This document shows positions 25,062-37,639 of a stretch of 64,000 nt of DNA, one piece after another. How positions within the stretch are numbered: the first letter of the stretch is position 1; each line of letters starts with the position of its first letter. The notes below the pieces were generated by a model that saw nothing but the letters and a program-made list of their open reading frames with translations, was not told the origin of the DNA and made no database searches. Origin of the DNA: Psammoneis japonica (taxonomy: Eukaryota); NCBI GenBank assembly GCA_008632985.1, contig QPGO01000131.1, positions 124,001 to 188,000 of the forward strand, read 5' to 3'. Both the position numbers and the translations under genes were made by a program.

Positions 25062-26029
25062 AACTAGACGACTAGATGTGACGTATAAAGATGATAGTCG
25101 CGGAATGCACAAAAAGTCGTGTTTCATACTGAACGGGTTGAGAAAACCTCCGGACTCTGATCTCTGGTACATGTAGGTAGATGCCGGGTTGAATGCTTTA
25201 GAGCACCATGTGTAGCTTGGAAAGAATCGGACTCATGTTCTAGTATGCGCACAGGGTATGAGAGCACAGATGAAGATGTGATGTCATGGATCCTACTAAT
25301 TAAGATACCTGTGGATACCGATATGAATCGAATACAAGAAGGAAAAGAGAGCGTTTGTAAGGAATATAGTCATCACATGCCATGTGCCACAGAAGGTGTG
25401 ACGTGATTCCTTTGCTTGCTGGTTCATCTCATGCGCTCCCTCCTTTTGTTTCCAGCTACAGTACTGTTGGATGTGCACTATAAAGAATAAGAAAGATGCT
25501 ATTGGAAGATGCACGCCTCGTTTCTTCTCCATCGCTTTCTAACCATAAAAGAGTTTAAATGCAGTAAGAAATTGTGTCGAATTCCTGTGTAGCATGACAA
25601 GCAAAACGGATTAGAGTGAGCACGATCGTTTGGTCCTCTAGACTCTGCACGTCTATGGAAACAAGTTCTGCGTACATCCAAGACATCGTCGCCCCACCAC
25701 TTCTCAGACTTTCCACCCTTGTCTACCTTCTCTTTTCTGACGGAGTCTTCACGCCTGTTCGAAGATTGGGTACCTATCGTCCTGTTGGTAGCTGTCCCTG
25801 TTTGAGAAGACGCGCTAGCTGTCAATCTCTGAGCGCCTGCGATACCGCCACGTCTAGTTGTAAGGAAAAGTGCACCCCAAGTCATCGCTTTCGTTGTTTG
25901 CACGAGAAGGTACCTTTGTCAAATACACTCTACTCTAACCCAGCTATTCAACCTCAACAGCGAATCAGAACACTGCTGTCACGATTCTCGATCTTTATGT
26001 GGGATGAAAGTGCGGGCTTTCAGCTTTCA

Positions 26030-27398
26030 CTCGTCGATCCATCAGAACCTGACACAGTACAAATCCATGTACATTTCTACGTACGGCAAAGCTGGGCCCT
26101 TACAGCCAGATTAGATGCCCGGCAGCCTAGGGCCCTAATCCTTTGCGCTGCAGAGTCCACTTCTACAGCAGGACTGCTCCTGCTCTCTACTGCTCTCTAG
26201 AGTAGCTATAGTGCTACAGCAGCTAGTTGCAGTAGAGTAGAGAGCAGAGCACCCTCTCCACAGCAGAGTGGAGCCGAGCTGGAGTGGGTTCCACCAGAAA
26301 GCAGAGAGCGGCCAGAGCAGGTGTGACCAGCTCTGAGCTCCAGCTGGCTCAAAAGGGAAAGAGCAAGTTGGAGTGCAGGAGAAAATGGTGGGGACAGGCT
26401 CCCACAGTTGACAGTGTTTGACCCACCAGATCTCGATCACTTCAACACTTTCGAGTCCGTGTAGCATGTCCATGTCCGAATTTTGGATCTTGTCAGATCA
26501 AACGACGCGACACAAAGTGAACAACAACACGCTTTTTCCAATGCTGCACGTGTCAAAAGGATGAGTTCCGTCAATTGTGGAGTCACTGTGTGCCTGGTGT
26601 GAAACATCAAGGACGAAAACAAGAGTGCATCGCAAGTGAGGAGCCAGTCTGATGTGCGTGTGGTTGGTCTCTTGCAACTTTTTCTTCTCGTCGATCCATC
26701 AGAAATCAGAACCTGACAGCACAAATCCATGCACCGGTGCATTTCTACAGCACGCAACGCAAAGCTGATTCGAAAGAAGGCGTGCAGGTGGGGTCCTCTG
26801 CTGCCACTGCTGCTGCTCTCTCTCTCTCTCTCTCTCTGCTGGGTGTGTCTGCATTGTGACAGAGGGATGCCAGCCCAATCCTTTGCGCACAGAGTCCACT
26901 TCTACACCACTCTTGCGCTCTCTAGCTGCAGCACTGCAGCAGCCAGTGACAACAGAGTGGAGAGCAGAGCAGAGCAGAGCAGAGCACCCTTTCTACAGCA
27001 GAGTTGAGCCGAGCTAGAGCAGGTTCTACTGGAAAGCACTGGTAGAGAGTAGCTAGGTACGACTAGCTCTTGCTAGCTCAAAAGGGAAAGAGCAAGTTAG
27101 AGTACAGTAGAAAATGGTTGGGGACAGGCTCCTGCAGTTATTATAGTGCTTGACCCGCCAGATCTCGATCGCTTCAACACTTTCGAGTCCGTGTCAGCAT
27201 GTCCATGTCCGAATTTTGGATCTTGTTAGATCAAACGACAACGATATAAAGTGAACAACAACACGCTTTTTTTCCAATGCTACGCGCATCAAAAGGACGA
27301 GTTCTATCAATTGTGGAATCGCTGGGTACCTGGTGTGAAACATCATCGACAAAAACAAGAGTGTAAGGAGCTAATCTAATGTGCGTAAAGTTAGTCTC
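26030..27398. repeat. Non-coding tandem duplication (copy 1 ~26030-26672, copy 2 ~26687-27398)
   Basis: Shared blocks CTCGTCGATCCATCAGAA, AATCCTTTGCGC, GCTCAAAAGGGAAAGAGCAAGTT, AGCATGTCCATGTCCGAATTTTGGATCTTGT, CCTGGTGTGAAACATCA. Confidence 0.93.
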
Positions 27399-28413
27399 AC
27401 GGATCTTCTTTTTTAATTGTTTGCCCAACCGTGTTGCCCGTCGCCGAGTATCGTCAAGTTCTATATTATCGCTCTTTGAACAAATCGAATTCATGTATCT
27501 AAATGCAAGTTGTATGCAGCTGTTATGTCTTTTTCGTCGGATATTTGCTCTTGCCGCTTTTCTCATCTCGTACCGGCCATTTTATGTACATGTGTAATTG
27601 GTAGCATCTTTCGTCTAAATACAGTAGGAAACAATGTCAAAATCCTGCAAGAACGAAGAAAGTTGCGGTGTTGAGTTTGAAGCTCAAGAGGGTATCATAA
27701 TGACCGCAAACCAGCAATCAAAAGCACGTACCTCAACAATATTCTCGTTCCACCACTTGGGGCTATTGTCTTTGTCTCTTCCTGCATTAGAATTCTTACG
27801 TTCCGGCAACTTTGGAGATTGCGCAACAATCTCTTTCTTCTCGCGGCGTTCCGTCACGAATCGTTGCACTGTTTGTGCATGCTTCTGGGTTCCTTGTCGA
27901 AGTTCGAAAGCAAATTCACCCCACGTCATTCTGCTGTTGGCTCTTGGTCGGTATGGAAATTCAAGTGTGGTAACAATAGCTTCAAAGCTGCTCTTTGACA
28001 GGATGAAAATGATACTCTGGACTGCACCTTGTAGTGTTTTTCTTTGTGTGACGAACTCGTGACGAAAGCCTCCTTCAACATTCGATCCAACCCGGTTTGC
28101 TGGTGTTGTTCTTTTTCTTAATTTTTCTGGTTTTGATTTTTGATTCGTCAAAACTTGACACCGACCGTGACACGATACCAGAAAGGTGACGACAACATTT
28201 GAAGTATTTAATACTGAATATTTTATTCACAGACGGTAAATCGTACAGTAAAATCGATACATTACGAATCAAAACATTCACAATACTTCAAGCACATAGA
28301 CAAGCAATCCATCGCCCGCCACCAAAATCTCGCGGGCATCTCGCCAAGCTCCAAAGCAGTCATCGGCATTTGAGATGAGAAGAGAGCGGAGCTAACTCTC
28401 GTTTGCCGTCACC

Positions 28414-30164
28414 ATGTCGTTCCCTCCTCCACTGTCGGCTTCACCAGTTGCCTGTATCTTCCCCTTGATTAGCGATGCAAAGTCGGGCGGCAGAGACCCG
28501 TTGTCAAAGTTCAATTTGTCGCCTCAAGAAAAGTCCGCGTTACGAAGCGCCGAAGCCAATCCGCTAGAATACACACTTGCCGACGCTACCGAAGCACAGG
28601 CGTATATTTCGCTCTTGTTGAGAGTACTAGACGAGTGTGCTGGGCCTCGCGGTCCGTCTTCCAAGCTATCTCGGTTTACGGAGGTTTTGAGCGACAAAGA
28701 GGCGTCAGAAGTGTTGGGGATTGATCCGAAGGGGGTATTGACTCACTTTGCCGTGAGCAAGCTGTACGAAGTACTACATTGCCTCAAGGAAAAATCTGAA
28801 AAGTCCAGCGTCACGATACCTTCAATCTTTTACGACGATAATGGTGATCTCAGGATGGATTTGTGTAAGCCGTTTTATGCTATTTTGCATCTAGGAAAAG
28901 CGGGGGACAAGTTTGCTCAGCGAGGAACATCGGTATGTTTGTCGTTTATCCTCATGGCAGCGTGCGGTGCTTCCAAAGTCAAAACGAAATCCGCAAAGAT
29001 GCTCAATTCTAACACTGTTAAGGAACCGCTGCGAACATTGGTGTCGTGGATATCCTCAGAGCTACATTCGTTTGTCAGCTCATCTCTCTGGACGGCAACG
29101 CCGTCACTAGTCACAATTATGGACTCGTCGGACGCCCGAACCATGTTTGCCGACGACGGTGGCATTGCCTTTCTCTCTCGCCATTTACGCATGGGACACA
29201 AACCGGCGTCTCCTCGAACGGGAGTAGAAGCAAGCGGTGCTTCGGCCCAGCAAGTGTATGAACTTGTGTATTGCATGTGGACCATGACGTATGAGTGCAA
29301 CAGCTCGCCACTCGTGTCGGCTCACTTTGCTCGTGATGGTGCCGTGGCGGCGCTCGTGGATCTCGTGGGAAGTGCGCCTCGTGAAAAGGTGGTGCGTGTC
29401 GCCTTGTCGGCGTTGCGAAATCTAGCCACAGTCAAGCCCATGGAGGAGATATCCGATGCTTCCATCTCGAAACGACCCATTAGCGGAAGGTTCTTTCTGA
29501 ATGAAATGATTGGCTGTGGTCTCATTAAATCTGTAGACCTTTTGAAGGAACGTCAGTGGACTGACCCTGATATCCTTGAAGGTAAGAGGCAACGTGATTG
29601 CCATCACGCGCCCCTCTGTTGATACTGTTGGTTTCTTACAGTTACGTTTTGGTTTCCTATCCTAGACCTGGATGTGCTTTATCAGCTTCTTCACGAGAAC
29701 TACAAAGAAATGACTCGTTGGGATGTCTACAAGGCCGAAGTCGAATCGGGACACCTCCAATGGGGAATTACACACACGGAAAAGTTCTTCAAAGCCAATG
29801 CCAAGAATTTTGAAGGACCCGACGGCGACTTTGAGCTCGTAAAGAGCTTGATCAAGCTTGTCCTTTGTGATGACGACGACGTTATTTCAATTGCATGCTA
29901 TGATATCGGCGAATTTGTACGCCACTATCCGAATGGTCGGTCTATTATCAAGCGTCTGGGTGCCAAGGAGGTTGTAATGAAACTTATTGAGCATGAAAAT
30001 GACGAAGTAAGCCGACATGCATTGCAGTGTGTCTCCAAAATGATGGTTCAGAATTGGACGGTGAGTATACATATGTCGTTTAGACTTTTACTCGACTTTT
30101 ACTATACTGGTAAGTGTGGACAAGCTAATGCCGTTTCTTTGTCTCGTTCCAGGCTATCAACTGA
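28414..30164 (+). CDS. ATP6V1H: V-type H+-ATPase subunit H; 3 exons
   Basis: Q..YEL..CMW, REKVVRV.L..LRNL, W.DPDI.ED, Y.AEV.SG.L.W...H.EKFF..N, ACYDIGEFVRHYP.GR; introns 29582-29665 and 30061-30152. Confidence 0.93.
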
Positions 30165-30739
30165 TAACATGGTCACGAAGAGTATCGAGTATCGAGGGTG
30201 TGGAGGATCAGCACACGCACCTACCTGCGTGCGGGCATATGTGCTCGTGCACCTGCCAATCGCTTTTTTTGCTCTTTCTGAGCTGTAACAATGAGTACAA
30301 AACTTAGTCTACTCTCTAATAGACCTCTAGAGTAGAGTGCTTCCTTCCTAACCTACAAGAAATACAGTAGACGATGACAGGTCAGTCCTAGAGAGCTCGG
30401 AGTGGCTACTCCATGCAGAAAAGATTGTCTCCGGGCTTCCAGAGGAAATCACCCAGATCTTCAGACACTGCGACACAGACAAAATTCTGTCGGCATTCTA
30501 TTCTGCCTGCGGATTCGCCACCTTGAAGCTCGCATTGAAGCAGAAGAGCAAAGAGAGAAAGAGCTTCCGACTGTGGTTTGTTACATCACCGGGAAACATT
30601 GAAGGACCCCGTTTTGCTGAGAGAAAATCGGTGCTAGAGTTTATTGTGCGAGAAGGAAGCAGTAGAATTGCCAATGAACTTCTCGTTTTGATTCGAGTCA
30701 GTCTTGCTTCAGGAACCCGAGTCGGTGCACATTAGAAAA

Positions 30740-32244
30740 ATGTCAAAGATTGCCTCATCCTCGACACTCCGACGACGATGCCCTGGTACACTGAAAAGAA
30801 GAATCCGTCACCATTCAGCACCGTCAAAGTGCGAAGATTTTTTGACCAATGGCGGAGTTGTTGAAGGTGTTTTTGTTTTCTGTCGTCACGGAGATAGGAC
30901 ACCATCGAGATCGCTTTCGGCTGAGCATATGGTTCAAGTTGAAGCAGAGTTCTGGAGAACAAAATTGCCGACACCAAATTCTATTGCAGCTTCGAAGCCT
31001 TGTCGGAATGCTTTCCACCTGAAATCCATCCCTCTAATGCAGGAACATTCCTCGACTCGAAGCGAGAGCCATTCGGGTTCCTTACTCTTCGCGGTATGGA
31101 TCAGTTGCGAACAATGGGACGGCGATTCTTTCTAAGATACGACCAGTACGGGCACCAAGCACAAGGACAGTGGACTCCTCATCGTACCGAGGAGTTTTTG
31201 TTGAATTTTTCAAAGTACTGGAACGTTCAGGCCATCTCGACAAACTACCTCCGAACAATCATGTCTGCGCAATGCTTTCTCGATGGCCTTGCTGGTACCA
31301 ATTGTTATATTCCGTATGGCCAGCCCGCCCCATCGGATCCCCATGTAGATAGAAAAGGCATTCGAGTGGCAGTCAATGTTCGAGATAGGTCGCAGGATAC
31401 CCTGAATGCGTTTGACAAGAATCCCGAAAAAATGCTGAGCTTGGTGTCCGACGTGGTAAGCACGCAGCAATTCCAAGAACGGGATGCAACTGCTGCACCC
31501 TTGGCTGCTCGCTTGGCTAACTTTTTACCAGGACTAACGAAAAAGGGACAAAAGGTGTTTGGAGGTCCGTCGGGTATCAACTGGATCCATGCTACCGATC
31601 ATTTTGTCTGCCGATCGGCTCACAATGCCAAGTTTTCTCAATTCTCGGTCTTTGAGAATGACGACCGAGTTGAGCATACCCTTGTAGCTATGGCCCATCA
31701 AACTGTGGCTCATTTGGCATGGCGTTTCCGACAATGGTATCAGAGTCCACCTCTATTGGCAGCCATTGCGGCACCGCCGCTGCGAGAAATTGCAACGCAA
31801 CTACAGTCGGCTTGCAGTCTAGGAGTGCATGAGCCGCGACCTTTTGTCATTTACAGTTGTCACGATGTGACTATCCTTGCCCTACTCTATGGAATTGGAG
31901 CGGAGTTCTTGGTAGATGAAGAAAAGGGCGACTGGAGGTTCTGGCCTTCGTATGCAAGCTCCCTTGTGTTTGAGCTAGTTCGAGTTGAGGAGGGTCTCAG
32001 CGCAAGCTCTCACGTAGTTCGGGTGTTGCTCAATGGTCAGCCAGTGCGAGCCGTCAGGTTTGAGAGGCAAAAAGTAGCTAATGCTGATGACTATGTAGGA
32101 GAGGGACCGCTGCGAATGCTCCGAGTGTCGGATCTGTTAGCCATCATCTCAAATCTCGAAGAACGTGGACAACTGGCAAAGCAGCAGGATACGTCGGGCA
32201 GTGACGACACCGCAGAGAGGGACATGACGGGATGGACTGGTTAA
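30740..32244 (+). CDS. Histidine phosphatase superfamily (branch 2, acid-phosphatase-like); one apparent frameshift near 30990
   Basis: RHGDRTP catalytic motif, G.LT..G..Q, STNYLRTIMSA, CHDVT, YASSLVFEL. Confidence 0.85.
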
Positions 32245-32439
32245 GAAAGCCATTTTCTTAGTTGCTGAACATGACTCAAGGACAGTGCTGATGAGTCAAG
32301 TACAGTTGAAGGGAGAACCGTCATCTGACGACTTTGTGCAAAGACGAGCGTACCACACAGCGATAAGTGATTTTAAGGTAGACTCATTTTGATGGCCTTC
32401 TACAAGAGGCGCTATTTCTTCAGTTTCCTTTTGTGTAAC

Positions 32440-34600
32440 ACCGTCTTCTCTGTGTTGATCCAGTTTGAGTGAAGACTGATTCAAGAGCACACCAGCACTG
32501 ACATGGACTGTGCTCACCCCCCATGGTTGCACAGGTCCTGGGTTGGTCTTTTTGATGGGCCACATGCCTGGTGGTCATGTCCTCATGATGGCCCAGAAGC
32601 TGTGCCTGTTCTCAATTAGATGCCCAGCCTGGGTGACAGCATCTGTGTGATGCCAAAAGTCAGTGTCTGAGGTCATGCTCTGCCATGGCATCACAATGAG
32701 GCGATGTTGTCAATGGTGCATTGATGTGTCAGATCCAGCACTTTCATTTTCACATGAGCAGGGCTGTGTGCAGCACAGTGGCAGCTCCTGAGTTTGTGAG
32801 GCACAGGTGGGAGCTCTCTCACAGATGAAGAGAGTGCTGTGCAACATGCCATCAAATGAGCAACAAGATGACACAGCATGCAGATGAAGCTGTTGGCAGC
32901 TCCTTGGGCATGAAACTTGTGTTCAACATGGGCACAAATGCAGCGCAAAAGGGAATGATGACAAAAATCATGTTGACATGGCAGACAGTCAGTTGGTTGG
33001 AAACACAGCAACCCTGTTCTTTGTCACCACCAAGAGTGCAAAACCACCATCTGTGTTGACGTTTTCACATGTGTGCTGCAAATGTGATTGCTGAGAATGT
33101 CAACTCTGCAGACAGTCACTTGGTTGGAAACACAGCAACCCTGTTCTTTGTCACCACCAAGAGCGCAAAACCACAATCTGAGTTGACATTTTCACATGTG
33201 TGCTGCCAATGTGATTGCTGAGAATGTCAACTCTGTGGGACACTCAAGATCACCACAAGAGCAAATTTGGTTTTGCCTGCCTCAGAGAAGGGAAGCAGGT
33301 TTGGACTGGTGGCAGACAGGAGTGCACTGCAAAGCAACAACCCAAGGATGGGGGGTCACTGACATTGTGCAAAAATGGTGCAACACCACACAAACTGACA
33401 AGGTTGTGGGAGAGCAGATCCATGCTGGCACAAAACTGTTGAAAAAAGAAGGGTCAAAGGCAAGGATTGTGCGGAACGAAGAGGAAGGTTGCACAAAAGA
33501 ACAGGTCAGAGAAGAGGGCAGTTGTTGGTTTTCATGATGATCAGCTGCCACCCAGTTTTCAATGTGCACAGATGGATTTTTGGGCACTTCTAGAAATGCA
33601 AAATTTGCAGTTGACAGGCATGTGTCAGACAATTGTGCCTTGGCCACCAGGACCACTCACATTTGTTGAGTGTTGTTTTGAGAAAAACCGCGTTTTGGTT
33701 TTGCTTTTGGAAGCTTTGAGTGGTGCGGAGATGCCACAGCTGCTGAGCTGGCAAATGCTTGCTTCAGTGTGCCATGCTGTGCTCAAAAGGGACAGTCATC
33801 AAGGGAATGCCTTGATGTCACAAAGTCGCCATGTGTGGTTTGAAAAATGCAGGTTGCTCTTGGAAGTTGCACCTTGCTTCCATTGTTTGACACTTGGAGC
33901 TTCAGTCAGCTGCTGCTGACCCCAACAATGCATCAACTCTCAGCACAAACTTCAAAGAATGTGTTGTTGTTTGCACCATGGTGCTGGCCCCGCATTGGCC
34001 TCCTCCTCTTTTTGGTGCGCTGTGTGCATTGCTGTTGCTCTCTCTGAAGCCATCAGCAAGAATCCTTTACAGCCAGCATGTGTGCTGTTCAGCCGTGCTC
34101 TCAGGCACTCCAGAGGGCTTTGCAACAACTCCTCCAGCACTCCTTTTCAAATGCTGGTGGGCTGACACATGTCTGGATGAGCACCTCTGTTGGGGTGGTC
34201 CCAGATTGGTTGGACATTGCATGCTCTTGAGAGCCCCAATCAACATTCTCAATTTTTTCTGTGCTGGGAAGAAGTCTCCGTTCATCCACCCATCTTTGAA
34301 GCAACTTCTTCCCATCAACGGTGCAACACACATGATCAGCAGCCAGGAGGTTTGAGCTGGTCTTCCTCTCTCCTGTCTAATGGGGCCACATTTCACCCTG
34401 TGCCCATTGCTTGTCTCTGCACTTCTGACAATCTCTGCCAGCCTCTCCATTCTTGCTCCAGTGTCCACATCAGCTTCAATTGTGGGGGGCAGCCAAGCTC
34501 CTCACACCAGGACACAGGATTGTCAACACAGCCTTCTTTGACATCAATCATGGGCACCCACCACAGTGGAGACTGTGCACAGCCATTGACACCCCACTAA
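32440..34600. other. TpA-depleted degenerate repeat or pseudogene island of unknown family
   Basis: Near absence of TA and scarcity of CG; Tyr-free spurious ORFs; flanked by normal genes. Confidence 0.7.
32981..33235. repeat. 127-bp tandem duplication
   Basis: Units start at 32981 and 33108 (GCAGACAGTCA.TTGGTTGGAAACACAGCAACCC...GAGAATGTCAACTCTG) with about 6 mismatches. Confidence 0.95.
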
Positions 34601-34983
34601 CTTGCTCAGTGTCCGGTTGTGAAATTAAAATCTTTTGCATGTTTGTAGGATTTTCTATTTTTATTTCATTCAAAAATCGATGATTTGTTTCTCAGTTTCT
34701 CGGAGATGGTCCCAACATTCAAAGTAGGTAGGGTCTAACAGTGAGAGCAATGCATTTAGCTACAGTGAATCCTCTAACCAGTTTGACATTTTTCGGCCTT
34801 TGCGGCAATTGATAAGGGCCTTACTTGGACGCAAGTCACTCATGGCTCTTCAGCTAAGGCCCTCCGCACTCTAGAGATACCCATTGAGTATTTTCTTCGA
34901 AAGACACAATGTGGACGCCTTAGTAGAATGAAGTCACCAGGTACATGATCAAGGCGATCACGAGGATATCCCTGAATCATGTA

Positions 34984-35589
34984 CTACTCGGCTACTCTTC
35001 CCTGCTCGGTAATGATTCCCATATCTCTAAGTCTTGCTGTTGACAAGTAAGTAGATGAACCATCTTTATCAGTCGCATCTGGATCCACCATCATCGAATC
35101 CACTCGGCAAATGGCAACGTCGTGAGATCCACAGTCCACAAGGTCGCCTTGCAGCGTTAGTTTTAGGTAACTCGCACATTCTGGTAGCAACAAGAATGGT
35201 TTTTCCTCTTTGATCGTCCAAGGGAATCCCAGCTTTGCGCACTCTTGTTGCTTGTTTACATCTCGTCCTGAACATCCTCCCAACACTTTTACCAGAGGAG
35301 CATGCGGTTCCCTCAAAAGTTGCAGCACACCGGAGCCATTGCGAGAAAAGTTCTCGTGTGACACGGTTCCCTTGAAGAGACCAATAGACCATATACGATC
35401 TGGACGAATGCTTACGGGTGTTGCATAAGTTACAATATTCATGTTTGTTGTCTTCCCATCATGAGTAGCCAAGGAGTATGTGGGCACATCCAGAAGCGGT
35501 GGTGTGTCTGTGGGTTGAAGAAGTGCATCGACCAGAGCATCCGACAGAACCAGTATTAGTATAAGAGTAAGGTATACATACAGCGCCAT
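34984..35589 (-). CDS. Flavin reductase-like (FMN-binding split barrel) protein with N-terminal signal peptide
   Basis: NMNIVTYATPVSIRP, LG..SGRDVNK, L.C...GSHDV.ICRV pattern; hydrophobic N-terminus. Confidence 0.75.
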   Translation of the reverse strand: MALYVYLTLILILVLSDALVDALLQPTDTPPLLDVPTYSLATHDGKTTNMNIVTYATPVSIRPDRIWSIGLFKGTVSHENFSRNGSGVLQLLREPHAPLVKVLGGCSGRDVNKQQECAKLGFPWTIKEEKPFLLLPECASYLKLTLQGDLVDCGSHDVAICRVDSMMVDPDATDKDGSSTYLSTARLRDMGIITEQGRVAE

Positions 35590-35888
35590 GGTAAACGTCC
35601 GTTTTTACAAGTATGGAGATTATGAAGAGACCACTGTCACGTCGTGATGACGGCATGTGTGCCCATGGTGAATTTTTTTATTTCACGTGAGAGTGCTCCG
35701 ACTTCGCTGCTCGGGAACCAAAGTTGATCGTGACCGCCACGAAGACACACATACCTTTTCTACTGAATTTTAGACGTATAAGTTGTACTAAGAAGTTTCC
35801 ACGACAGCGCCGTATTGATTTCACGTGAAAAAGTCCAACTGCTGCGTGCGAAATTCCCACGAAACACAGCAAAGAAAAAGCATTCACC

Positions 35889-37550
35889 ATGGTACGTATG
35901 CCGTTTACAAGTGTTGTCAGAACAGACTGTACAGTGATTAGGTTCATCGAAGTTGTCTGTAATTGACTGGTTCACTTCTGCATGAGTTTGGTTGAGCGAT
36001 CGTGACGGACAATGTGCAAAACTATGTTCAACGTGTCGGCATGTTCTCATGCTTGCTGAATTCGGTATGTTTGATCGCAGGGTTCTACTTTATCGTTAGC
36101 CTTTACGTACTGCGCTTGCTCTGCAGTGGGCAGTCTATGTACATCTTGTTTTGGTTCGACAGCGCCAGGAACGACCGGTCGGAAGCGCTCCGTTCTGCTG
36201 CTAAGTGTGGCTATTGCCTTGGCACTGTGGTTTCAGTACTGGGTGGGACCGTCTGTTGTCAAGCACGAGGGTTGGATTTGGAAGACGTATCGTGCTATAC
36301 CTGGGTCGGGCAAAGCAGTCTATCACGCGTGGTACGATCCTTGTCAAAAGTATGCGGACGACGAGGACCTTTTAGTACAGTGTGCAGGAAACGCTGGAGT
36401 TTACCGACCCACTTTTTTGGCTAGTCTCTTTTTCGCCGCCTCGGCTGTGGGAACGAGGATTGTTCCAGGATTGAACCGAGAAGCGTGGCCTGCAAAGTAT
36501 GCCGTTTTTGGTATCTTGGTTCTGGTATCCATGTTCATCCCCAACGATCCGCTCTTTAGCAGCTTTTACTTGTGGGTGGCGCGGCTTGGAGCTACTTTCT
36601 TTGTGGTGTTGCAGCAGATCATTTTGATTGACGTCGCATACAACTGGAACGAGGATTGGGTCGAGAAGTCAAATGCGTGCGACCGAGTTTCCTTTGGAAG
36701 TGGACAGGGATGGTTGAGGGCTATTATTGCAACCTGTGTCGCATTCTATAGCGCCTCGCTGGTTGGAATTTCGCTCTTGTATTCCTGGTTTGACGACTGC
36801 CCAGAGAACAAAGCTGTCATTACCTTGACTCTGTTGGGTGTGATTGCTCTTACCGCGATCCAATTGTCGGGTACCGAGGGAAGTTTGCTCACATCGTCCG
36901 TCATTAGCATGTACGTGACGTATCTTGCGTATTCGATCTGTTCCAAGAACCCAAATCCCGAATGCAATCCGCATCTTGGACACAATGATGTTTGGGGAAT
37001 TATCGTTGGACTTACCTTGACAGCCATTAGTCTTGCGTGGACGGGATGGAGCTGGACTGCCGAACAACGTCTAAACACCGAAGGGTAAGAGAAGCGCGAC
37101 TTTTGATGCATTTGCTGTTTTGCGTTCTTTCAAGATGCTCACCATCTTCCTGCATTCCGCGACATTTTCTCCTGCAGTGTTCAGTCCACGAGGACAATGA
37201 CTCCCCAGCAGCTTCAGAGACCCACCAATCCCGAGGGCCTCGGGGTTCCATTCTTGGATCCGGAAGATCAGCCTCCCGCAGGAGTTGTTGCCGACACGGA
37301 CACGACGCCTTATACGGGAACAGAGCTTTGGAAGCTTAACGTTGTCATGGCTCTCATTTCGTGCTGGGTGGCCATGACTTTAACGGGATGGGGCACACTG
37401 GAGTCTGTGGAAGACACACCGACTGCGGCAAATCCTACTGTAGGACGGTTCAATATGGCCATGCTTGGCATCAGTCAGTGGATTGTGATTCTGTTGTACG
37501 TCTGGACTCTGTTGGCGCCGCGTCTCTTTCCGGATCGGGACTTTTCTTGA
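35889..37550 (+). CDS. SERINC: Serine incorporator (Serinc/TDE/TMS) membrane protein; 3 coding exons
   Basis: C.GNAGVYR, LQQIILIDVAYNWNE.W, GSLLTSSVIS.Y..YL, NP..ECNP, LY.WTLLAP.LFPDRDFS; introns 35892-36080 and 37085-37177. Confidence 0.92.
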
Positions 37551-37639
37551 GCTTATCATCAGGCCGTTAGGTAAAAGCCTCTGTACATTGTTTTAAAATA
37601 GGTTGGTTGCATATTTCAAAACACAGTCATTACAAATTA

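Noticed and set aside
26815..26837. (CT)n microsatellite, and (AG)n near 42330
   Set aside because: Ordinary simple repeats
27231..28281. Basic minus-strand ORFs (27231-27566, 27684-28151)
   Set aside because: No family motif or convincing gene structure; possibly a decayed gene
32298..32320. TA|CAGTTGAAGG as the left TIR of a Tc1/mariner element
   Set aside because: No matching inverted end was found at the other side of the island
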